64,000 nucleotides of DNA from Promethearchaeota archaeon (GTDB lineage: Archaea > Asgardarchaeota > Lokiarchaeia > Sigyniarchaeales > SOKP01). The stretch spans positions 41,310-105,309 of the forward strand of contig JAUVNS010000015.1 of assembly GCA_030599585.1 (NCBI GenBank), in the 5' to 3' direction. Every line of letters starts with the position of its first letter. Within the stretch, counting starts at the first letter, position 1. The position numbers and the translations under genes were made by a program. Positions 31,522 to 42,362 of this stretch are shown piece by piece. The notes under the pieces were generated by a model. The model was not told the DNA's origin, searched no databases, and saw only the letters and a list, made by a program, of their open reading frames with translations.

Positions 31522-33702
31522 TCAATAGAATAATGTGATAAAAATTGGAGCAGTAAAGATAATTCCAGTAAGAACAGAAATGATTATTAATATTATACCA
31601 ATTTTATGAAGATCTTTTGTGGGATCAGATAAAATTTCTCTTCCGAAAAATCCAATTAATAATGTTAAAAATGTTAGAACAAATCTTAGAGTAGATAGAT
31701 CAAATGAATTCACAAAAATTAATGGATTTATAATTGAAATTATATATATTATACCAGAAGTAATCATCAATATTAACATAAAAAAGATTCCTATTATCCA
31801 ACACCAAATCCTACCCGCTATAGGAATCTCTAAGTCAATATCGAATTCTATGATTTTTTTTAATTTTTTCCTTCTTGGTATATTGAAAGATATGATATCA
31901 GAAGATAAATCTGTAGGTAATTTAGTATATAACCCTCTGAGGATATCCTTCATCTCTTTAGCAAATCTTATTCTATGAAATCTAGGAGCATACGCTAAAA
32001 AGTAATAAGAGCAATCCTCCCGTAAGTCTATCGTTAAAGGATAAACATTTTTTTTTTGGTTGAAAAAATTAACTATAGATAATTTATTATAAATGAATTC
32101 TCTATTTATTTCACTCATTAGTGATGAATAATAGATGTATTGAGTTCTAAAAAGTAAAAAAGGATTATTAAATAGAACTATCCATAATATTGCACTTATT
32201 AGGACTGGTGCTAGTAAGATTTCAAAAAATAATGAAGAAATGAGAAAAACTGCCATAATAACATTAAAAAAAAATCTCACTCCTCTAAATTTCTTAGATA
32301 ACGATGTTTTCCTATTTATCATTCTCGAATATTTCTTATTCTTTCGAATTGTTTTTTTAGTTATGATTTTCAAATTGAATTCTTCATTATTTATTGCACT
32401 ATCTAAATATATAGGGATGGATGTTTTATGGAAAAAACCTTCATAACTTGTTCCTAAAGGAAATACTTGGTTCCCATCTAAGAAAATTTCAATTGAGACT
32501 GGATTAAATGATTTATAATCTCGTATACATTTATCTAAATCTCTAAAAACAAATTTGTAAATTTCATTGTATAAGATTTCAGATAAGCTATCTAGAAATA
32601 GCTTCCTTTTTATATTATCTTCTGGTTCTTTATTCTCACTATTTGTTTTAATCAAGAAACTTGTTATTTTTTCTTCGAATTTTTCTTTTAATTTCCCGTG
32701 TTTCATCAATTTATTATGAGCTTTTGTAAATAGCATTAAAACTTGTGTAGTAAGGAGTGAAGTTACTGCTAAAATTATGAATGGAGATACAAACAATATT
32801 AGATAAATTATCCAAATAATTATATCCCCTACTATTAGATACCTTGATAAAAGAAAAAATGAAACCAAAAAGTAATAAGGAATTAAAATACCGTAAAGAA
32901 TCCATAACCATTTAAATGAAGTGTTATGATGAAGATAGACTTTTTTTTTTGAAAATGGATAACGTATTATATCTTCAAAATTCCCAGATTTCTCAATATG
33001 TTCTCTAATCTTTACTTTACTAATTTCTTCTTTAATCTCTTCTGAAATTTTAATTTTTTTTAACTTCGTTTCTCGTTCTTTATTATTTATCTCTTTTTCT
33101 ATGAATTCTTCAATATTTTTAAAATTCGAATCTGATGGATTTAATATTTTTTCAAAAATAAAATGCCATATAATTTTTTCAAATAAGGTTTCTGATTCAG
33201 TTTCTAATAATATAGCATTTAAATTTTTTATTGGGTGTTTAATTAAACCATGTTGTTGAACTATTTCTTGATATCTAGGTGTTTTTTCTATTTCTTGAAT
33301 CTCTATAGTTAGTTTTTCATGAATTTTTATTGTTTCACTAACATATTCCTTATCCTTTACTTTTGCTAATAATCTATCAATTTTATTTAACTTTTCTTTT
33401 ATATCTTCAAAATTTTCAATATATTTCTTAATTTCTTTATTTCTCTTAAAAAACGCTTTATTATCAAGATAATTTTGATATTCCTCAACTGTTTTCTCAG
33501 GGATCCTAAAATAAGTGAGAGGTAATTCTAGTTTATAGTTAGAGTCTTTTGATCTTTCACTTTCCTCAAATCTTATTAAATATGAAGTCTCTTCCTCCAC
33601 TTCATTTATATCATTAAATTTTAATATTTTTGATTCTCTCTTTATATGATACGGTATTAGTTTCCATTGTTCACTTCCAGAGGTATTATTTGAATCTTCC
33701 AT
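31522..33702 (-). CDS. Hypothetical multi-pass membrane protein with N-terminal coiled coil
   Basis: 726-aa ORF with about 7 hydrophobic segments. Confidence 0.7.
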   Translation of the reverse strand: MEDSNNTSGSEQWKLIPYHIKRESKILKFNDINEVEEETSYLIRFEESERSKDSNYKLELPLTYFRIPEKTVEEYQNYLDNKAFFKRNKEIKKYIENFEDIKEKLNKIDRLLAKVKDKEYVSETIKIHEKLTIEIQEIEKTPRYQEIVQQHGLIKHPIKNLNAILLETESETLFEKIIWHFIFEKILNPSDSNFKNIEEFIEKEINNKERETKLKKIKISEEIKEEISKVKIREHIEKSGNFEDIIRYPFSKKKVYLHHNTSFKWLWILYGILIPYYFLVSFFLLSRYLIVGDIIIWIIYLILFVSPFIILAVTSLLTTQVLMLFTKAHNKLMKHGKLKEKFEEKITSFLIKTNSENKEPEDNIKRKLFLDSLSEILYNEIYKFVFRDLDKCIRDYKSFNPVSIEIFLDGNQVFPLGTSYEGFFHKTSIPIYLDSAINNEEFNLKIITKKTIRKNKKYSRMINRKTSLSKKFRGVRFFFNVIMAVFLISSLFFEILLAPVLISAILWIVLFNNPFLLFRTQYIYYSSLMSEINREFIYNKLSIVNFFNQKKNVYPLTIDLREDCSYYFLAYAPRFHRIRFAKEMKDILRGLYTKLPTDLSSDIISFNIPRRKKLKKIIEFDIDLEIPIAGRIWCWIIGIFFMLILMITSGIIYIISIINPLIFVNSFDLSTLRFVLTFLTLLIGFFGREILSDPTKDLHKIGIILIIISVLTGIIFTAPIFITLFY

Positions 33703-34074
33703 AATCCATCCTTTTTAATATTAATGAATTGTTCATCTATTTTTGAAAATATATTAGACTTTTGACAAAATTGACTTTTTTAATATAATCCTTAATAATA
33801 TTTAAATGATCATGTATACTAACTTATACATTTAAAGAATAATGAAAGCATTTTTAAAAAACATTGTTAAAAATTATGGAAAGTCAAAAGAAATATGACG
33901 CGAAGCTTGGGTTGAAGGGAAACCTGAAAGTGGTTATGTATTTGACTTTTTTGATTCTGATTGCATAGTACATAGAGAAGGGTTTTTTTCATATTAACTT
34001 TTTATGCTATTAATTTATATCTTAAGATTTCTTCTGGAAATTAAGTCTTTTTGAAATTTTTTTGGGGATATCAA

Positions 34075-35121
34075 ATGAGCGAGGATGATTATATAGATAT
34101 TTATGATGAGAATGACCAAAATTGGAAAAAGTTGAAAAAAATTTATACTTTTGACGAGTTTGATCCAAATTTTTGGATAGGAACTGGATTGGAATTTGAT
34201 GATAGCTATACTACTCTTTATGGTAGCATACCTGAAACTATAATACCTGTAGCAACATGGGGAACTGACTTTTATGTTGAAGAAAATCATATTCTCTCCC
34301 CAGATGTTACTAACTTCATCGATTTAGTTAAAGATTTAAGTTCTAATAAAAATTTAATTGAAAGCTTTGAAAAAATAAATGAGGTTCAAGATGATATAAT
34401 AACTGGTAATTTAGCTAACGCTAAAATATTAGCCATACAATTATTAAAAGAATTCCAAAGAGAAAAATCCGATTTCGGTATAAAAAGAGCAAGAGAATTG
34501 ATTAAACTTACTGAATTCGATCTTTCAAATGTTGTTCAGAAGAAGAAGATTATTCACGAATCAATTTATAATAATAAAATATCCAGATGCTTATTACACA
34601 AAGAAATTGATGCTAAATGTGTAAAGTTGAACGATATTAAGGAGACTATAGAGACTCCTGAAATCTTTGGATTTATCATGTATCAATTTCTTGGAAAGAA
34701 GTTTAAATTTAAAAATTTATTCCATTTCATAAAAATTAGAAGATATAGAAAAGAACAAGAAAAATTGAAAGAGTTAATAACAGAAATTAATAATAATCGG
34801 TTAATAAATATTAAATACCCAAAAGATTCTACTAGTTTAGAAGTAAAAACTTGCGATTTTTGCAAAATCGCCCGCAGTTATGATTTCGGGATTCTATTAT
34901 TATCCCCACTTAATCCAAATGCTTTCTTAGAAGCCGGAATGTTTATGAGTTTGGGCAAAAGAGTTATTCTAATAAATAATGAAAAAGTTGTGAAATCAGC
35001 CCCATTCGATTTAACTCCATTTTTTTATATAAAATATCGTAATGTTAACGAATTGGAAGCAAATTGGAATAGGAAAATTCCGAACTTTATAGAAGATATG
35101 ATAAAACAATATATACTATAG
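34075..35121 (+). CDS. Protein with C-terminal nucleoside 2-deoxyribosyltransferase/TIR-like domain
   Basis: NPNAFLEAGMFMSLGKRVILI...APFDL resembles the NPNVxxElG...PFD motif of that superfamily. Confidence 0.6.
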   Translation: MSEDDYIDIYDENDQNWKKLKKIYTFDEFDPNFWIGTGLEFDDSYTTLYGSIPETIIPVATWGTDFYVEENHILSPDVTNFIDLVKDLSSNKNLIESFEKINEVQDDIITGNLANAKILAIQLLKEFQREKSDFGIKRARELIKLTEFDLSNVVQKKKIIHESIYNNKISRCLLHKEIDAKCVKLNDIKETIETPEIFGFIMYQFLGKKFKFKNLFHFIKIRRYRKEQEKLKELITEINNNRLINIKYPKDSTSLEVKTCDFCKIARSYDFGILLLSPLNPNAFLEAGMFMSLGKRVILINNEKVVKSAPFDLTPFFYIKYRNVNELEANWNRKIPNFIEDMIKQYIL

Positions 35122-35228
35122 ATTATCATTTCTTGGATTTTTAAATCTAGAATCTCTAAGTAAGATTTGGGGAGAATTATTTGATAGCTCCATTAAAATT
35201 GGGTTTATACCATTCAAAGTATTATTTA

Positions 35229-36296
35229 TTATACCTTTTCAAAAACCCATTTGTCTAATTGGTGATAAATTAGTTCAAGTAAATTTTGAGAACAATCTAG
35301 ACCATAATCCTCTTTAATTTGAAGGAAAACTTTAGTGATATGTTTGCAAAATCGCTTACTCCATTTTCTATCTGTTAAGAAATCAGTACAATCATGCTTT
35401 AATATATTATTTTCAAAATCTATTATAAGTTGATAATCTGTTTTGGTTCCTTCTATAAGACTATAAGCTTGCCTATTTTTATCAATGGATAAGTTTTTTA
35501 TAACGACTTTGTCTATTTTTTTTCTGTCCCGATGCAGGTCCAAATATGAAAAATATAATAGTAAGTCATCAAAATTGAATTCTGTAAAAACTGGCCAATT
35601 TTCATGTGGATAATGTCTTCCCGCAACTATGATATTGATTTCACCAGCATTTTTTTCCTTAAAAGCTCTTGCTAAATCCCATGTTGTTGATCCTGTAGTA
35701 AAAATATCGTCTAAAATTAAAACCTTATTCTTTTCCAAATTAGTAATGTCGACTCTATGGATACCTTTAATCTCATCGTATCTCTCTAAGAATTTTTTAT
35801 GTTTATGCTCTCCAATTTCCATTAATCTTACAACTTTATTTGATATATCTTGAATTTTAAAACCTGCTGTTTTAAACTTTTTAATTAAAGGAGCTAAAAT
35901 AAAATCGCATTGGTTCACTTCAGTAGTATTAAATTTTGGGACAATAGTTATATAATTTGTGTCTTCTATTAACTTAGGATATGTTTTGGTTAACTGGAAT
36001 AGACCATCAGCAATTAAATCGCCAGCATACTTTTTAAATGTCTTCTGCTTCCTAAATTTTAGAATATTGACGACTTCTGTTAAATTATTAATTGGTATTT
36101 TTTCATAATTATGATATATTCCAAGGGCTTTTACTTCATTAAAATACCAACCATCATCTTCAAATGGAGGATTCGCACAAGTATAACATAAATGTTGGTC
36201 TTCACTATAAGGGTTCATACATTTTTGACAATAAGGTTCATTGATAATCCTTACCGGTATTTTTCCTTTAAGATAAATAAAGTTAGTTTTTGTCAT
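35229..36296 (-). CDS. ComF-like phosphoribosyltransferase with N-terminal Zn ribbon and C-terminal SWIM-like finger
   Basis: CQKC..CYTC; VLILDDIFTTGST PRPP loop; HDCTDF...FCKH. Confidence 0.8.
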   Translation of the reverse strand: MTKTNFIYLKGKIPVRIINEPYCQKCMNPYSEDQHLCYTCANPPFEDDGWYFNEVKALGIYHNYEKIPINNLTEVVNILKFRKQKTFKKYAGDLIADGLFQLTKTYPKLIEDTNYITIVPKFNTTEVNQCDFILAPLIKKFKTAGFKIQDISNKVVRLMEIGEHKHKKFLERYDEIKGIHRVDITNLEKNKVLILDDIFTTGSTTWDLARAFKEKNAGEINIIVAGRHYPHENWPVFTEFNFDDLLLYFSYLDLHRDRKKIDKVVIKNLSIDKNRQAYSLIEGTKTDYQLIIDFENNILKHDCTDFLTDRKWSKRFCKHITKVFLQIKEDYGLDCSQNLLELIYHQLDKWVFEKV

Positions 36297-36317
36297 TCAA
36301 TACAACGAGAAGATTTG

Positions 36318-37328
36318 TCAGTATTTCGTCAAACTTGTCTGCTTAGATAGAATGTTACTTTTACCGAGATTTAATCTTTTCCTTTCTTCATATTCATTCA
36401 GTAGTACTTCTACCACAAAATCGACATCATCTACAGAAGTAATTTTCCCCCCTCCTTTTTCGTTAAGTATCCAATTAGGAATAAATGCTTGTTCAACCTC
36501 ATCATCGATGGGTTCAACTGCAAAAGCGGGCTTTCTTTGTTCTAATCCGTATTTAAATTGCCACCTTGTTCCGCTGTGTTCAGTCCCTTCAATAAAAATG
36601 TTTCCTAATCCTAACCCACTAGTAATGCGATTTCTAATTTGCAATGCTCTTTTTATAACATTTTCTAACGGAAATCTTTCTGATAAGATTGCTCCATTTT
36701 CTATTAACTTTTTTACTAAATATTGATTTTCTTTAGGGTAAAGATTTAATATTCCGGAAGCAATCACCCCTATCGCCCTACCGCCCTCATTTAATGCAGT
36801 TTCTATCGCAATAGTATCAATTCCTCTTGCCAATCCACTCACAATTGTGAATCCTTTTTCTACTAACCTTTTAGATATCAACTTTGTCATTTTTGTTCCA
36901 TATTTCGTTGGATTTCTTGTTCCTATTATAGCAACTGCTCTCTCATCTTTTGGTTTGATATCACCTTTGATAAATATCAGTTTAGGTGGTCTTTTTAGGG
37001 TTTTTAATAAAGTAGGATACACTTTATCAAAATAACTTAGACATTTAATGTTATTATCTTGACAAATTTGCAAATCTTCTTTTATTCTCTCAAACGTCTT
37101 TCCTCTGTTCTTATTGGCAAACTTACTAACTTTCTCATCTAAACCTCTAATCGGGACCTCATCAACAGATTTAAGATTTGTTAACAATTTCCTAAAATCA
37201 TTTTCTGTATAATTTACGACCTCACTAAATGAAACTCTATCTTTAATTATTTTAAGTGCTTGCAGAGACAAAGGAACTTCTCTGCTTAAAAAAATGTAAT
37301 CCACTAGATGAATTTTCTGCACCAACAC
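36318..37328 (-). CDS. dprA: DNA-processing protein DprA/Smf
   Basis: YPTLLK, VAIIGTR, IVSGLARGIDT, RNRITSGL. Confidence 0.92.
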   Translation of the reverse strand: MLVQKIHLVDYIFLSREVPLSLQALKIIKDRVSFSEVVNYTENDFRKLLTNLKSVDEVPIRGLDEKVSKFANKNRGKTFERIKEDLQICQDNNIKCLSYFDKVYPTLLKTLKRPPKLIFIKGDIKPKDERAVAIIGTRNPTKYGTKMTKLISKRLVEKGFTIVSGLARGIDTIAIETALNEGGRAIGVIASGILNLYPKENQYLVKKLIENGAILSERFPLENVIKRALQIRNRITSGLGLGNIFIEGTEHSGTRWQFKYGLEQRKPAFAVEPIDDEVEQAFIPNWILNEKGGGKITSVDDVDFVVEVLLNEYEERKRLNLGKSNILSKQTSLTKY

Positions 37329-37585
37329 ATGAACCTTAAGTACTATTACCTATAAATTTAACAACAGTAATAGGGATTAATAATTTTTGTGTTTTATTTT
37401 ATTCCGATTTTCTTCAATAAACAGTAGTCTTAAGATAAAAATAGAATATTTTAACTATATTAAAACTACAGATCACATTAATGAAATGACAAAATAATCA
37501 AATTTATTTGTTAGAGCGATTTTGGGATATTAAACGGGTTTGACATTCTAAGTTAATTTAATTTTTATTTTAAGGAATTTCGATT

Positions 37586-38587
37586 ATGGAGGAATTAAAA
37601 AAAGATTTAGAAAGAATATGTGGGCCATTATTTAAGGACTTACAAAAAGAGGTTGATTTATTTATGCTAATGATGGATAGCTTAGAGGATGATAAAAAAT
37701 CATCAATAACGCATGTCTTTGAGAGAAATTTAAGGTGGAATAATCTCACAATAGAAAAAATAAATGATCCTTTTTATTTAGAACAAACTCTCCAATTTTT
37801 TAAAGAGATTAAGCAATCAAACTTTGATCATTTTGATGATGGGGATAGGACAGGAAATTATAATCATTATTCTCATGGTTATTCTATGAACCATATCATA
37901 AATCCATTGAAGGAAAAGCTAAATGAAATTGTAGCTTTTAAGGAGCAATACTTTGATGAGATTTATTTATATGGGATAAAGACAAAACTTGAAGAAACCC
38001 CCGAAGAATATATTAAAATTGATTTCAACGAGTTTGGACTTCCATATTACGCTAATTTCTTTAAAAGAATTAATAGAGCTGCGGCAGATGATGTATTATT
38101 TACAATTATTCCCGTTCTATTACGGTGTGTTGTTGAAGATATCCTACACTTAATACTTCTTAAAAGCTTACACAAAAAACATATTGAATTATACTACGAT
38201 GTCTTTAATAATAGAATTCGAAATCTTTCACAATTAATTGCTTTATTCGATTTGTTGAGGAAGAAAGAATTTAAGAGAGTCGTCAGCATTACCGATGATA
38301 TTATAAAGGCATTAAATGAAATTCGAAGTCGAGGAAATTATAGTATTCATGATGTGGATGAAAATATAACTCGAAGTTTTGTAGATCAATGGAATGAACG
38401 AATAGAAATTACTTTACGATCTCTTTTAAAATCATACTTAGTCCTAAAAGATGAAACAATCGAAATCTCACCTGAAAGAGAACAATTTATAATAGAAAAA
38501 TTAAGTATAAAGAAAAAACCCATTAAATTAAAGGAAAGTAATACAAAATCAAGAATAAAAACCCGCCGAAAATCTAGCAAAAAATAA
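37586..38587 (+). CDS. DUF4145/HEPN-like domain protein
   Basis: LLRCVVE...LSQLI...IRSRGNYSIH matches the DUF4145 pattern. Confidence 0.55.
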   Translation: MEELKKDLERICGPLFKDLQKEVDLFMLMMDSLEDDKKSSITHVFERNLRWNNLTIEKINDPFYLEQTLQFFKEIKQSNFDHFDDGDRTGNYNHYSHGYSMNHIINPLKEKLNEIVAFKEQYFDEIYLYGIKTKLEETPEEYIKIDFNEFGLPYYANFFKRINRAAADDVLFTIIPVLLRCVVEDILHLILLKSLHKKHIELYYDVFNNRIRNLSQLIALFDLLRKKEFKRVVSITDDIIKALNEIRSRGNYSIHDVDENITRSFVDQWNERIEITLRSLLKSYLVLKDETIEISPEREQFIIEKLSIKKKPIKLKESNTKSRIKTRRKSSKK

Positions 38588-38612
38588 CTTCTACCAAAAT
38601 TAAATTTAGATC

Positions 38613-41480
38613 CTAATACAAAATATCAATAGTTTTATTCAAATGAGGAATTATTTTTTTTCGATATTTTTTAACTTGCTCTATTGTCAAAACCTCACGA
38701 TGGGTAATTCTGTTTCTTATATTAACAATCGATTCACTTGCTTTCTGAATTATGTCTAATTCTTCATTAGTAAATTTATCTTTTAAACATAATCGAAATT
38801 CTTCAAGATCTGGATCTTTTTGTTTGTTATGAAAATCTTTAATGATTCTAATCCACTTGCCGAGAGTGATATTCTTATTTTCTATTAACCATCCAAATTT
38901 CTGATTCAAATCATGTGAAGTGTCTCCTCTCATATATTTGTTCTTAAACTTTTTAACTAATACTGAAAAGTGGCCAGCTATCTTCTCATTAAACATATTC
39001 TCTAAAGCTTTTGAATATCCTAAAATGATATCAGAAGCGTCAAAACTATCATCTTTGTTTCTATAGTCGAGAATTTTTCTTTCTGAGGTTTTTAATATAT
39101 TTTTAATCTCAACATTTTCAATATTAAAAATATTGATTATAGATTTCGAAGAAGCGTCAATTATAAGTAATTCATTCTTGTAATTCTGTATTTGAGCTTC
39201 TTTTCTCCCGAGTTTTTCTGCAATCAAAATTGCTTTTTCTAATGTTTTTTTGGCATTCTCATAATCTTGCTTTCTAGCGTAAATTTGAGCTAGATTTCGA
39301 TAAGCAAAATCAAAATTATTATCTAATTCGATTGCTTTATAGAAGTATGAAATAGCACTATCATGATCACCTAAATCGGAGTAGACTCCCGCGATATCAT
39401 TAAAAATTGTTGCTTGAATTTTTTCATCTTTTATATATTCCAGTTCTTTGTTGAAAAATTTAATTGCTAACTCTGAAAATCCATTTTCTGCTAGTACATA
39501 ACCAAAATTAAGTAAAAAAAAATTGCATATTTGTTCCTCTAATTCATTCAGCATTGGTAGTAACATAATGAATTTAGCTTTTTTTAATGAATTCATTAAA
39601 TTCTTAAACCAAAAGTCAAAAAAAGGAAGAGCGTTGGGATTTTCTTTAAACAAGCGATAAATTTCTTCTAATTTGCTTTTAGATTTTTCTTTATTATTTG
39701 CTATAAAGAGAAATATGAAATAGTACAATTCCGATTGAAAATCCTTCTGTAATAACAGTAATTTTTCAAAATAAGCCTGAGACTGCTCCCAATCGCTAAC
39801 ATAAAAATAAGATAGGGCTATTCCCAGATAAATTTTATCATTATAATTTTTGATAGCGTATTTCTCTGACAACTGATGCGCCATGTTAAGAAATTCGATA
39901 GAGAGATTAAAACTGAAGGTTTTTTGAAGAAATATACCATTCTTGATTAAAACCTCAATATCTTTTCTATATTCAAGAGAAGATAATTTTTTTTGAGACA
40001 TGCCAGTCTCTTCAAAAGTTTTAATCCTATCTTCTAAATCGTCGATTTCATAATTGCTTATTGTTTCATCAATAAATTTTAGTGCTTTCTTTAAATAATC
40101 TCTTTCTAATTCAAAATTATGCATTCTCTTTGAAGCGATTGTTAAATTTTTATAAAGGGCAAACTTTTTACCAATGCTTTTCAAACTGCCGATTACTTCT
40201 TCGGCTTGTAAAAAGATTTCATTCATTTTAACCGTATTTCCGAATTGACCGTAACATTCACCAATATTTTTTAAACATACTCCTTTTTGGTAATCTAAGT
40301 TAAATTCTGGTTTATCCTGTGTAGATCCCTTAATATCCCTAAAAAAAGAACTAAGACTAGCTTGTTTAATCCATTTATAAGCTTTTTCATAGTAAAAGAT
40401 TGCTTTTTCGTAATTTTTCAAATTCCTATACACGGTGGCTAAGCTCTCAAAAAAAGAATACTTTTCTGAATCGTTTACTTGGTCCATGTAGGAATCTAGT
40501 ATGATTAAATATATATCAAGTGCTAGATCATAGAACCCATTTTTGTTCAGATAACTAGTAGCGAGTTTCCATATCCAAAAATCCCATTTATATTCATATT
40601 TTTGAAGTAGGGATATTAAATCGTCAAACTCAAATTTCGTATTTAAAAGGTTTAGTTTTTCTTCAAGACTTAAATCTGTAAAATATAACATAGAAGCAAC
40701 AGACAATAGATTATTGAAGAACATTGGATATTGAGATACTGTATCCACAGATTCTTCTACATCTAATACTTGAAATACATTCATCCTCAATTTTTCTTTT
40801 AAAGGGTAAGCGAATAAATTTTCTAAATCAACTGGATGATAAATAAACGGGTTCTCCACATCGTAAAGAACGCTGTTATCTAAATTTTCTAACAAGAATG
40901 ACTTAAGAATAAATTCATACAAGACTGGGTGAGAATCTTCTTCATATGGAAACACAGTCCTAAAAAGTTCGCTGACATAAAATCTTGATGTTTTGTATTC
41001 TTTTAAATATGATTGTACATTTGCAGCATTTTCTAAATCTTCCTTGTTCAAATAATATTTAAGTAGTTGCTGCAAATAATTTATTGCATAAGAATTTGTA
41101 CCAGATAGTTTTTTCAAAATTTCTGATGGCGTATCTATGGGTGATATCATATTTGCTTTTGGAACTTTAGCTTCTAATGATGTGATAATATCTTCCTCGT
41201 ACATAATACTTTGAGCAAGTATCTCGGATATTTTAGGCATAACTTTCTTATAGATTTCTTTATCACTTAGAATTCTATAAAAAATTAAATTCTTGAAGGC
41301 AACATCCCTATTTCTCCTTATCAAGAAAGAATTATCCAAGCCAAGATGTTTTGCTATTTCAATTCTCTCTTCCTCTGAAGTTTTTAAAATTTTATTCCTA
41401 AAAGTCTTTTGATATTCAAGACTCCAATTTATCCATGTGAAATGAATTCGCATGAAATTAAGATTAGATGAACTAGTCAT
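38613..41480 (-). CDS. TPR-repeat protein with C-terminal HEPN-like domain
   Basis: Several TPR motifs (AISYFYKAIELD, AYRNLAQIY); C-terminal YSKALE...TLG.W...IRNRITH (RxxxxH). Confidence 0.75.
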   Translation of the reverse strand: MTSSSNLNFMRIHFTWINWSLEYQKTFRNKILKTSEEERIEIAKHLGLDNSFLIRRNRDVAFKNLIFYRILSDKEIYKKVMPKISEILAQSIMYEEDIITSLEAKVPKANMISPIDTPSEILKKLSGTNSYAINYLQQLLKYYLNKEDLENAANVQSYLKEYKTSRFYVSELFRTVFPYEEDSHPVLYEFILKSFLLENLDNSVLYDVENPFIYHPVDLENLFAYPLKEKLRMNVFQVLDVEESVDTVSQYPMFFNNLLSVASMLYFTDLSLEEKLNLLNTKFEFDDLISLLQKYEYKWDFWIWKLATSYLNKNGFYDLALDIYLIILDSYMDQVNDSEKYSFFESLATVYRNLKNYEKAIFYYEKAYKWIKQASLSSFFRDIKGSTQDKPEFNLDYQKGVCLKNIGECYGQFGNTVKMNEIFLQAEEVIGSLKSIGKKFALYKNLTIASKRMHNFELERDYLKKALKFIDETISNYEIDDLEDRIKTFEETGMSQKKLSSLEYRKDIEVLIKNGIFLQKTFSFNLSIEFLNMAHQLSEKYAIKNYNDKIYLGIALSYFYVSDWEQSQAYFEKLLLLQKDFQSELYYFIFLFIANNKEKSKSKLEEIYRLFKENPNALPFFDFWFKNLMNSLKKAKFIMLLPMLNELEEQICNFFLLNFGYVLAENGFSELAIKFFNKELEYIKDEKIQATIFNDIAGVYSDLGDHDSAISYFYKAIELDNNFDFAYRNLAQIYARKQDYENAKKTLEKAILIAEKLGRKEAQIQNYKNELLIIDASSKSIINIFNIENVEIKNILKTSERKILDYRNKDDSFDASDIILGYSKALENMFNEKIAGHFSVLVKKFKNKYMRGDTSHDLNQKFGWLIENKNITLGKWIRIIKDFHNKQKDPDLEEFRLCLKDKFTNEELDIIQKASESIVNIRNRITHREVLTIEQVKKYRKKIIPHLNKTIDILY

Positions 41481-41775
41481 GATAAAATATATGCATCATT
41501 CATTTTTGTTTTGCTTCAAAATTATAATCAGTTAAACCTACAGAGCCTTTTAAAAAGAATTTATTCAATTTTCAAAAAATCTTAAAAATTTCACTAAATT
41601 AAAGGATTTGCGTCTAAATGATGATTTAATTATATTAAAATAAAGAATATTCTCATATTAAAATTTAAGTGGCTTTTTTTCTATTTATATAAACGAAGAA
41701 ATATTATATTATGATAAATTTGTGTTAGGCTTGCCTCTTTTGTTTTATTATTATAAATCGCTAATACTTTTTAGG

Positions 41776-42213
41776 TTATGAGATGTCCGAGAATCTTCTT
41801 TCTAAGATAATAATTAATTTCTGTGCATCTTCTGTTTTTTTCTTACTTAATTCAGCGTACATCGCACATAGGACTCTAAACTTAGTTTCATTCATAACCG
41901 AAAATTTTAATGAGTTTTTACATCTATCAAAATGATCTCGTATTTTGATTTTGTAGGCTTTTTCTTTGATGTATTCGTTTTTATCCTGTTCAGTCAAGAA
42001 ACTTAATAGATAATAATGCTGTTCTGGATTCAAATCAAATAACTCAAGCAGATCAAAAATTCTTTCAAAATCTTCAATTTTTCTACTATTGATTATCTTT
42101 TCTCTAAGTAAAGCAATAGCAACAGACTTTTTGATTTCTTTATTCTGATACTTCTGATAAACTTCGTCCGGTGTCAAATATGATAAATCAGGCATCTCAA
42201 ATATAATATCCAT
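41776..42213 (-). CDS. Hypothetical helical protein
   Basis: 145-aa ORF with ATG start. Confidence 0.6.
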   Translation of the reverse strand: MDIIFEMPDLSYLTPDEVYQKYQNKEIKKSVAIALLREKIINSRKIEDFERIFDLLELFDLNPEQHYYLLSFLTEQDKNEYIKEKAYKIKIRDHFDRCKNSLKFSVMNETKFRVLCAMYAELSKKKTEDAQKLIIILERRFSDIS

Positions 42214-42362
42214 TTATAATTATTTAAATTTCGATTAAATTAAATCAACTTCTATATTGTTGTCTTTTTCCTTGATGATTATTTGTCGTATTTAATATAC
42301 TGGTAGAATAATTTATTTACTTTGGGCCTCTCTCGATTTTTCGTAATTTAAAATAAAAAGGA

